Positions 54,601 to 64,000 of a stretch of DNA of 64,000 nucleotides are shown here, piece by piece; the stretch's first letter is position 1; every line of letters starts with the position of its first letter. Origin of the DNA: Lophium mytilinum (Eukaryota). The translations under genes and the position numbers were made by a program. The stretch spans positions 227,397-291,396 of the forward strand of contig MU004191.1 in assembly GCA_010093605.1 (NCBI GenBank), in the 5' to 3' direction. The notes below the pieces were generated by a model, which saw only the letters and a program-made list of their open reading frames with translations, was not told the DNA's origin and searched no databases.

Positions 54601-56080
54601 GACCTAAAATATACGCCGCTGCTATATATAAGAAGATTATATATTTACTAACCTGCATTTAGTTCTCTTACTAATGCGTGCCTACTTTATTAACTCTAAA
54701 GATAGTTCTATATTTAAAGTTAGCCTTATAAACCTAATATTATTCTACTTAAATTACGCCGCCTTAGGTAAGGCTATTAGCTACTATGCAGCTACATCTA
54801 GGGAGAAAGGGGAGAAAGATAACTATAACCTCTAACTAGAAGTCTAAATTTATACTAAGCACATCCTTATAGTTAAGCTGTAGATCTTAATATTCTAGAA
54901 GACTAGAAGCGTATAAGCGGCGCTATTATTACTAGAGACCTATATCTTTATAGATAAGCTATAGACCTTAATACGCTAGAAGACTAGAGGTATATAAGAG
55001 GCGCTATTATTGCCGGAGACCTTAGTAATAGCTAAGGCTAAAGAGAAGAACTTAGAAATAGTAGTATTAGAATAAGAGACTTAAGATGCAACCTTAAAGA
55101 ATAAATATAAAGCACTATCTAATAAACTAGAGCCTATAGATCTTATAGAAGATAAAGATAAATTAGATATATACTACTTTAATAATAGAAAAAACTAGGT
55201 AGAGAAAGTTAACTAGAATAAAGAAAATACTATAAAGAAGGTATTATTTATAGGAGACCTAGATAGCTTAGAGGTAGCGGAGGCGGCCTTATATAAGGCT
55301 AAAATAGGCCTAATTATAGCTTAGACTAGCATTAAGAAGGCCTTAGAAATTATGCGTACTTACATAGTAAGGGATAAAGAGAAGAATACTAACTCTACTA
55401 TCTTTTACTTCTCTAATATTATCTAAGAGACGCCTAAAAGTAGATATAGAAGGCGTATATACTTAGTATAGTAAGTACCTTCTTAAGAAATTACTAATTT
55501 TCTAGTATATATATAGGTAGAAAGCGGCCTTAAATAGAACTATATAAGTCTACCTATATATACTTTCTATATACCTTCTATACTCTTACACTGCTACTAA
55601 GTTAACTTTTAATAAATGTATAGCATGTATATATACCTTATATCTTAAAGCCTACCTCCGCCCTAAGCTCTAACTTAGAAACTACTTATCTACCTACTTC
55701 TAATATAAACCCCCTAAACTACACGCGCTTAAAAATACTACTAGTCTTATAATACCTATTTAGAGATATTCTATAGTTATAATACCTAGCGCGTTAAGCT
55801 ATAATATAAGGGATTAAACCTAAGGCTAATTAAGAATAACTATTAGTAATAATAGCGCACTACTATAAAGACGCACTTATATAAGATTCTAATAGTATAC
55901 TTAAGAAAAAAGTATATAGTAACTATTAGTTAAAATACATGCGCCTAAGTTTTAAATTTCTAGCGCCTGCCCGCATATATAATAGAACTATTCTCCTCTA
56001 TTCTATAGATATAAAAGCCTGCCCTATATCTCTTTCTCTATACTATAGAGTAGTAGAAGGTAGTAAGAGTTAAAAAGGTA
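51700..56080 (+). pseudogene. Further RIP-degraded plus-strand reading frames (at least two), unassigned
   Basis: Codon-like frames at ~51700-53020 (ending in an acidic E/D tract) and ~54000-56080. No family motif recognised. Confidence 0.3.
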
Positions 56081-58006
56081 GAAGAGTTATAGTAGAGATT
56101 AACTTAAGGCTAACTATTTAAAATATAGCGGGTATTAAAATTATATATACTAATAAATTATAGTAGAGGCTAAAGCTAGTAGAAACTTATTTAAGAAGCT
56201 AGAATATAGAGAATAAGAGGCAGTACGTAGGTATAGCTTACTAATAGTATCTACTATAATAGAAAGCTAATAGCGCACTAATATTTAGGTTAGTAGTTAA
56301 ACTAGCATAGTTCTATAGAGCTATATTAGGTAAAGATAATATACTCTAGTATTACTAGCTTATATTATCTACTAAGCTTCTCTATCTCTTCTACTCTACT
56401 CTATAAGCTTTTTTATCTACTAGGTTTCTCTATTCCTCCCGCTCTACTCTATAGAATTTTTTTTCTACTAAGTTTCTCTATCCCTCCCGCTCTACTCTAT
56501 ATAATAGCGCCTTAGTTCTAGTATAATCTTTTATATACATAGCTCTTAATCTTCCTAACTACTATATATAACTATATATCTATATTCCCTACTAGCTTTT
56601 AACTCTACCCTAACTACTACTTCTCTAGCCCTACTTTCCTTAGAAAATAAGCGGGCGGATAGAATATATACTCTATTACTAGTGCTAGATATACTTTAAT
56701 CTAGTATTATAGGGACAACCTAGCCCTTATATATACTAGTAATAGATAACTATCTACTATATAATAATGCAGTAGAGAGAGGGAAAATAAAGCTACCTCT
56801 ACTCTAATATCTCTAACTCTTCTTATAGTACTATATAAGATTATTTAGGATTATATAAAATTATCTATAATTATTATAGCGTGCCCTCTATATTTTTACA
56901 TTCTAAAAGAGACTCTAGCCTATTTCTTTAAGTATATTTTAGGTTCTATAACTGCCCTGCTAGATAGAGAGTATATATTTTTATTACCTTTTAGCGCATA
57001 AGTATACTATAGGCTAGGTTATAAAATAATAGTATCCTAACTTCTAAGGTTAGAAGTATAATAGGAGAGACTATAAATAGAGGAGCGGTAACCTAAAATA
57101 TAGATAGAAGAAGTAAAGTATACTAATATAGAGAGAAATAAGAGATATAGAAGAAGTAAATAGAAAGAAGGGGCTATAGAGGTAGTAGCATTATAGCTAT
57201 AATACTAGAGGCTATTCTATAATATAAATATAAGAGACTACTGCTAGAGCTTATATTAGTAGTAGAATAGTTATATACTTTTTATTATTTATAGATAGTT
57301 ATATACCGCGGCCTAACTCTTAAATAATAGGTCTTAGTAGTAATATAGTAAGAGTCTACCTAAGAATATATTAAGTATCCTAATTATAATTTATAAGCCG
57401 GACCTAGCGCTAAATTATAGAATAGATAGATTATATCTTTTCTACCTATTCTCTATGCATTTATTAAATCTACTTTTTAACTACTACAGCCCTAACTTTA
57501 CTATACTAACTATTTATAGAATAAAGATTAAACGTTCTAGCCTAAGTACTTACTATTTCTACTTACTTCTACCCCCGCCTTATACTACTATAGAGAGGAA
57601 AGAGCGGTAAATAGAATTATTTTATAGTAGGATGTAGGTAGTATTATATATGGGGCATGTATATATTAGCTCTAGCACTACTAAGGCTAATTAGGTAAAA
57701 GATACTATAGAACTAAATTATTAATAGTTTAAAATAATAGATAATAATTAAGTATTATTAGACTATATAGTATATAGGTAAACTACTACTAGTCTATATA
57801 GTAATATTACCTGCGCTAGTAGTTTATATAGATATTATATAATTTATATAGTTTACTAGAAGTTTACGCCGTTCGCTACTAAGTACTAATAGCCCTAACT
57901 TTTGCAGTTTTAGGTTTTTCTAATAAATATTAGGGTTTAATTCTAGAGTTAGGTTTACATGCTAGTAGAGAGGAGGATTTAACTATAGATTAAGTTATTA
58001 ACTTAC

Positions 58007-58209
58007 ACTAGAAATACTAAAAATTATTAGTATATAAGCTTTAATATATATATAAAAGGCCTTACTAATAGCTAATATAGGTATATTAAAAAGTAGTTAA
58101 AAATTAATATATAACCTATCTAATAATCCTAGGCGCGCGCTTACAAAATTAGGGGGGGTGCACGGAGAAAAACGCTAAGGAATGTACTCCGTTTTGAATA
58201 CGACAAATC
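58007..58209 (-). repeat. Right terminal inverted repeat (~200 bp)
   Basis: ...CCTATCTAATAATCCTAGGCGCGCGCTTACAAAATTAGGGGGGGTGCACGGAGAAAAACGCTAAGGAATGTACTCCGTTTTGAATACGACAAATC, the reverse complement of the left TIR. Its outer ~70 bp is less RIP-mutated than the left copy. Confidence 0.95.
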
Positions 58210-58859
58210 GGGGTGGGTTGCGTCAGTTTGGAGTGCTCGCGGGACGCAGCTTTTGACGAGCCAGACACGGGAGACTCTTCCGCTGTGGCTCAGTTCTGCG
58301 GCGGCACACTGTGCACCTGCAGGGTTTCACTGATGGATGCCCGATGCTGCACCGCCAGATGAAGACGGCTAGCTGGCCTCTTGGGCGTTGTGATTATACC
58401 AGAAATCTTGGTATAGTTGCCAGACCTCAAGCCTTGACGGCGAGTTCAGACCCCGCTACTGACTGCCATGCTTTGACACATGCCCCCTGCGCCCAGCGAC
58501 GTCAATTTACGGTCATGAGAGTGGCTGCTTGCTTGTCTCAACCAGAGCTTTCTCTCTCTCTCCACAAACCTCTTCCGCTGCTCCTGCCAATCCGTCGCTA
58601 CGTGACCTCCATTTCCCTCTCGCCGGCCTCGGACTACTAAATCCCTCGTACACACTCCGCGCCGTATAGCTCGCGGAACAGCCCGAGTACCTCACCTCAA
58701 CTAACCGAACATTCTTCCGTCACCTCCACCAATTCTCCCACCAGTCATTCACTGAAACCCTCTTGTGGTGGACAACCGACAGAGACAGCTCACCACGACC
58801 CTTCTGTACTCCCCGCCTAACGAGCTCTAGCTTCCTGGACTCCTCCTCTCTCCAGCAAG

Positions 58860-60655
58860 ATGCCGGCTGCTACAGAAGAGCCCAAGACCGACGGCCGCCT
58901 GCTCCTCGTCTCCAATCGGTTGCCTATCACAATCAAGAGATCAGATGAGGGCAAATATGATTTCTCCATGTCCTCCGGGGGTCTCGTCAGCGGATTGAGC
59001 GGCCTCTCCAAGTCCACCACCTTCCAGTGGTACGGCTGGCCAGGTCTGGAGGTGCCCGAAAACGAGATACCCGAGTTGAAAGCGAGGCTGAAGGACGAAT
59101 ATAATGCGGTACCCATCATGCTGGACGACGAGCTCGCCGACAGGCATTACAACGGCTTCTCAAGTTCGTATACACGTTGCGACACATGCAGTCTGCGTCG
59201 TGCAACCCAAAGCTAACAACTGTCCTCCAGATTCCATCCTCTGGCCACTCTTCCACTATCATCCCGGAGAAATCACATTCGACGAGTCGGCCTGGAATGC
59301 CTACACCGAAGCGAATCGCTTGTTCGCCCGAGCAATTGCCGCCGATGTGAATGACAACGATATGGTTTGGGTTCACGATTACCATCTCATGCTGCTTCCT
59401 GCCATGCTACGTGAGGAAATTGGAACCTCCAAGAAAAACGTCAAACTAGGCTTCTTTCTACATACACCTTTCCCGAGTAGTGAGATATATCGGATTCTTC
59501 CAGTCCGCAACGAAATCCTACTCGGCGTACTCCATTGCGATCTCATTGGCTTCCATACCTACGACTACGCCCGCCACTTCCTGAGCAGCTGTTCAAGAAT
59601 ACTGTACGTTACTCCGAACTGATTTTGTTCCCTGAAGATGCATTTACTAACGTTTGTTGGCAGCGGAATGCCCACTACGCCAAATGGGGTTGAGTTCCAG
59701 GGCAAGCTCGTGACCGTCGGCGCATTCCCTATCGGCATTGATCCCGAGAAGTTCGAAGAAGGTCTCAAGAAGCCAAAAGTCCAAGAGCGCATAGCTACCC
59801 TAGAGCGAAAGTTTCAAGGTGTCAAGCTCATCGTGGGTGTAGATCGCCTTGATTACATCAAGGGTGTACCTCAGAAGCTTCACGCTCTGGAGGTTTTCCT
59901 CACGGAGCACCCTGATCAAATAGGCAAGGTGGTACTGGTCCAGGTAGCAGTACCTAGTCGACAGGACGTCGAGGAGTATCAAAATCTACGGGCGGTTGTG
60001 AATGAGCTTGTGGGAAGGATCAACGGCAAATTCGGTACGTTCAAGATAGAAGTTTGCACTATCTTACTAACATTGACAGGCACGATCGAGTTTATGCCCA
60101 TCCACTTCATGCATAAATCCGTCTCATTTGACGAACTGATCGCTCTCTATGCCGTGTCTGACGTCTGTCTTGTGTCTTCCACCCGCGATGGCATGAACCT
60201 GGTCTCTTACGAATACATCGCTACGCAGCAGAAACGTCACGGAGTCATGATACTGTCAGAGTTTACAGGAGCAGCACAGAGTCTGAACGGCAGCTTGGTA
60301 GTCAATCCGTGGAACACGGAAGAGTTGGCTGACGCGATCCACGACGCTGTGACCATGGGCGATGAACAGCGTGCCATCAACTATCAGAAAATGGCCAAAT
60401 ACGTTAACAAGTACACGAGGTAGATAACTTGCTCTCACAAACCTCCAACCATTCACTAATTTTACTTCCAGCGCGTGGTGGGGCCAGTCGTTCGTCCGCG
60501 AGCTCACGAGAATCTCAGAGCATGCCGAGAGCAAGCTCAAAGTTCGCCGGGGCTCAACCTTCGATTCCACAGACAGCAACGGTCAGCCCGCGGAACGACC
60601 ATCGACTGCGCCAGAACGCATCGTCCCGGCCCCCGAAAAATCCGCGACGCTGTAG
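58860..60655 (+). CDS. TPS1: Alpha,alpha-trehalose-phosphate synthase (UDP-forming), GT20
   Basis: Exons 58860-59163, 59231-59603, 59664-60034, 60080-60419, 60472-60655. Motifs LLLVSNRLP, SSGGLVSGL, HYNGFSNSILWPLFHY, WVHDYHLM, GFFLHTPFPSSEIYR, GVDRLDYIKG, RDGMNLVSYEY, LSEFTGAAQSL. Confidence 0.97.
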
Positions 60656-61839
60656 ATTGGCTGCTCTTCTCAGCTCACCTTCTGTCACTATTCTCCCTTT
60701 TCGATCAAAATACCCCAAACACTTTGTAAAATCCAATTCACGATTGGCACGAAATCGCATGACGGCGCATACCACACGTGGGCGTGGAAGTCTAGAAGAT
60801 GGAAACTGGTTGGCGTAGACGAGGGTGTCTGGTTAGATTGGATAGCGTCTCTTTCCGAGCTCGTTTGTCCCTTTCTGTCACCAACCGTGGCATCTTACCC
60901 CCTCCCCTTCTGTAACCTGTCTTCTCGTGTATGCATAGCTAAGACTAGCGATGCGCCTAGCATCAACTATCCGGCTTGTTCTGTTTCGCTTGTACTCTGA
61001 GGTGCTCGCCGTTGCTTCTGGCTCTTTAACGCATTCTAGGAAACAGTCGAACTGATCCCTGGTCATCAACTCTTGGGACACCTAACACGGTACCAGCAGG
61101 TTACGTATTTTGAAAGCCAATACAAAAGTGCAGCCGCTGAGGAATTGGCAGGCAGTTTAGTGCCCCAAATACGTCCTAGTCGGATGCATGAGCCATCCAA
61201 CCGCCTAACCATGACAGTGCTCGAGAGCAACGTAAACTAGGTTCGCATTATCAGAGCGCACCGAAGAAACCTAAGCAGTGACAAGAACGGGATCATGGCT
61301 GAATCGAGATTTTCAAAAGTCCGTAGGAAGTCCTCCTATCTTCGTTTCTAAAACTGCATCGTAAGCTACCTTGCTTAATATGTACAAGTTTGATCTACTG
61401 TCTCTTATAAGACATTGTATGTTTGCCAAAGCCACAGTAAAAGTACCACTCTCAATGTTGTAATGGTTCCTAGCCATGGAACCCGAACTTTGTACCATCG
61501 GATTCTCACCAAAGCCATCTCATCTGTGGAACCGAATCATCGCCCACTCATATGGACCAGGGCCAGAAACCTGAACGCAGCCACCCAAGGAAACATTGCG
61601 CCGATCTTCACGATGTAGAGAAAGCAACTTGGTAAGATGAATTAAGGTCCACATCAAAACATGGTACCGACATCAGAGCGCATCGACACGGGATATATAT
61701 TCAATCTGCCATCTGCATTTTTCTTGACAACTCGCACACACAGTGTACCTCTCTCCAATACCTCTCACATACTCCAACTCTTTTCCAATACCTTCCACGA
61801 ATAGATATGTGCCTAGGCTAGTTCTACACTACTCTCGTC

Positions 61840-62976
61840 ATGGCCTCCACCCACCAGCACGCCTCGAACCAGGCCGCGAAGCCGGCACTTGGGCGCGACA
61901 GAAAGTTTACTGCTCACAAACATCCTACGTCTTTTGACTCGGTCGAGGAGGAGTCGCCTGACTCCATCAACTCCTATCTCTCGTCTTCTTCTTCTCCACG
62001 CTCCTCGCACAAATCGATCAGAGATATCCGCGCCTGGCTTCGTGGCCTCCACCGCCATGCTCAACACGCCCGCTTCCCCACCTCATCTCCCTCTGTACCC
62101 AGCTCGCTCTCTATCCCCTTCGCCCTACCGCCGCCCGCCATCCCCACCACCCCGTCCACCTCTTCCGAATCCACGCAAGAGTCCGCCTCCTGGAAAGTGT
62201 TTAGCGCCCGCTCGCTACTCACCCGCCACCACTTCCTGAAACAATGGAAAAGCTACTTACGAGAGCGCTCAGAAGAGCTCGCGCGCTCGGAGAAGCAGAA
62301 GTACGGCTCCATGCCGCCGACGCCGGTTCTGCTCGCACAGGACAACGAGGAGATGATACCGCTTCTGTTTCTGGGATCGCAGGAGTACCCGCACTGCGCT
62401 ATCACGATCGCGGTCACGCCGCCGACGCCGGTCCTGGGCCCTATGCCGCCGACGCCCGTCCTACGACCACAGGAAGACGTGGGCATGATACCGGTGCTGG
62501 ACCTGGACCTAGACGCGCAGGAGGGTTGGGGGACACCTCAAGAGATCTTAGTGCACCTAGAGGAGCAAGGGTACGAGTACGCCATCGAGATGGTAATCAT
62601 GCCGCCGACACCCGTCCTGCGACCGCAGGCAGACGTGGGCGTGATACCGGTGCTGGTTCTGGACGCGCAGGAGGGTTGGGGGACAGCGCAAGAGATCCTA
62701 GCGCAGCTGACAGTGCCGGAAGGCGAGTGGGAGGGGAGCGGGGTGGGTGGGTTGAAGAGGTCGAATGCGGTTAGGGGAAGGAAGGAGAGGGGGGTGCGAC
62801 GGGTTGGGAGGGGGGAGAGGCAGGTGGGGAGAGCGGCGGGGAGGGAGGTGCTGAGGGGAGAGGAGATTGTTGAGGAAGTGAAGAGGGGCATTGAGGAGTG
62901 GCGGCGGAGGGCGAGGCGGGATAGGAGGTTGAAGAGGAGGTGTAAGTGGCTTGTTAAGATGGGGTTGGTGAGGTGA
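61840..62976 (+). CDS. Hypothetical 378-aa protein with internal MPPTPVL repeats and a basic C-terminus
   Basis: Uninterrupted ORF downstream of a TATA-like GATATATATT (~61692). The internal duplications keep the frame. No recognisable domain. Confidence 0.5.
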   Translation: MASTHQHASNQAAKPALGRDRKFTAHKHPTSFDSVEEESPDSINSYLSSSSSPRSSHKSIRDIRAWLRGLHRHAQHARFPTSSPSVPSSLSIPFALPPPAIPTTPSTSSESTQESASWKVFSARSLLTRHHFLKQWKSYLRERSEELARSEKQKYGSMPPTPVLLAQDNEEMIPLLFLGSQEYPHCAITIAVTPPTPVLGPMPPTPVLRPQEDVGMIPVLDLDLDAQEGWGTPQEILVHLEEQGYEYAIEMVIMPPTPVLRPQADVGVIPVLVLDAQEGWGTAQEILAQLTVPEGEWEGSGVGGLKRSNAVRGRKERGVRRVGRGERQVGRAAGREVLRGEEIVEEVKRGIEEWRRRARRDRRLKRRCKWLVKMGLVR

Positions 62977-64000
62977 GGATTCTGGTGACGAGGGTATGGC
63001 GGTTTGGTGAGCTCTTCTGGGAAGACTTGTGTTGGGTATACGGCGGGAGCTTGGAGGGTGAGAATTGAGAGGCTTGGATGAAGTCTTTTAGTGGTGCTGG
63101 TTTGGATAGAACAGTTTAGAGATGGGGTGGTCTGGTGGAAGTTCTATTGGGGTGTGGTATCTGGAATTTGGAGTTTAAGTTTCAGTATTATAAACGTTGA
63201 AACAAGTAAAAAATGAATGGAACGGCGAAAGTTGCCGTATATGCTAAATTAATGATAATGATGTAAGTGCCATAGCACCATATACAGGGTACTGTAGGTT
63301 CTGTGATAAATCTGAATCTTGACGTTGATGACTGTAATTTTTTCGAATTAATAGCGTCGTGAAGAGCGTAGTTGCTTGCCTAGTCTGCAACTTGACGTGT
63401 GTGTTGGAAACAAATGTCAGTCTATACGAATATGATTTGGTCTATACTGGTATGCGTGAGTACGAACACGTCTGCCACCAATCCTACTGGGACTAGTTTC
63501 TCGCTTAGACCATCCGTATTGCAGAATGCTATAAAACAATAACGGATCTAGTTGCTGAGCTAGGTGTGCAGCTTTCATAACAGTATTAGGGAGTGAAGGG
63601 CTTCTGTAGATTGCAACCCAGAGTTAGGTTGGTACATGTTCGATATATGATGCAATAGCTAATTCTATAGTTCCATAGGTACGGAAACAGTCCGCTGTGA
63701 ATGATGTTTGTGCTAGAGCACTAGACACGTGGGAGCTCTTCGCCGGACCCGACAAGCTCTTCGCCGGACCCGACGGGCCCGAAGACTGTCCTTAGAACAT
63801 CCGCTAGAAGGGGGTAGCGACAGAAATAGAACCGAATCAATGTCAGGATTCAGGAGAAGTATGCCGTGTGTATGCCTCGCAGGATAAGCGAGCATTATAT
63901 CAGATTCAGCTGGTTCCCGCAGCCATCCGAGCCACAAACCGCGTCAACAAGCATACATTGAAGCTTAATTGCTAGTGGCATGCGCGCAATGGATCCGGAT

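Larger units (their letters stand above)
26515..58209. mobile_element. Giant (~31.7 kb including gap) RIP-inactivated TIR DNA transposon encoding a Plavaka-family transposase plus accessory/cargo genes
   Basis: ~200-bp terminal inverted repeats coincide with the abrupt GC-to-AT transitions. The interior is TpA-rich and CpA/TpG-depleted, with no ORF of 60 aa or more in the ORF track. De-RIPped Plavaka motifs lie at ~49100-50500. Possible 2-bp AT target-site duplication at 26516-17 and 58207-08. Confidence 0.85.

Noticed and set aside
55830..55850. AAT AAC TAT TAG read as the NNHW of a Ulp1 protease
   Set aside because: The surrounding residues do not fit the Ulp1 catalytic context, and no QxNxxDCG motif was seen.
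26515..58209. Starship (tyrosine-recombinase giant element) interpretation
   Set aside because: No DUF3435 captain recognisable at either end. Long TIRs plus a Plavaka transposase fit a TIR transposon better.
26515..58209. Centromere or generic AT-rich isochore
   Set aside because: The edges coincide with one TIR pair and the interior is decayed coding sequence. Centromere function cannot be judged from sequence alone.
63734..63785. Short tandem duplication of GCTCTTCGCCGGACCCGAC
   Set aside because: Two copies plus a partial one. An ordinary local duplication with no further structure.

Overview
Fungal genomic window, probably a Pezizomycotina/Dothideomycete-like ascomycete, judged from spliced genes with GT-AG introns, CTRAC/CTAAC-type branch sites and heavy RIP. 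The GC-balanced host genes are: a DUF3824-type RS-rich protein (running off the window start), an acyltransferase-3 membrane protein, an APC amino-acid permease, VID27, the AP-1 beta adaptin, a HIRIP3/DEK-C-like chromatin protein, TPS1 and a repeat-containing orphan ORF. The main feature is a ~31.7 kb AT-rich, RIP-destroyed block (26515-58209, including a 910-N gap). It has sharp edges defined by ~200-bp terminal inverted repeats and sits in the divergent promoter between the HIRIP3-like gene and TPS1. Reading the block by hand while reversing RIP changes (C>T/G>A) recovers a Plavaka-family transposase, a SNF2-like SF2 helicase, a DUF6532-like ORF, an IS630/Tc1 DDE transposase, Cys-rich ORFs and several long unassigned frames. 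Together these look like a giant, cargo-carrying Plavaka TIR transposon that is invisible to the ORF track. A second unexplained structure is a non-coding 13-unit tandem array (8.6-10.7 kb) whose unit lengths fall into steps of about 11 bp (144-146, 155-157, 167-168, 177-181 bp). All de-RIPped protein readings are manual reconstructions with approximate boundaries.
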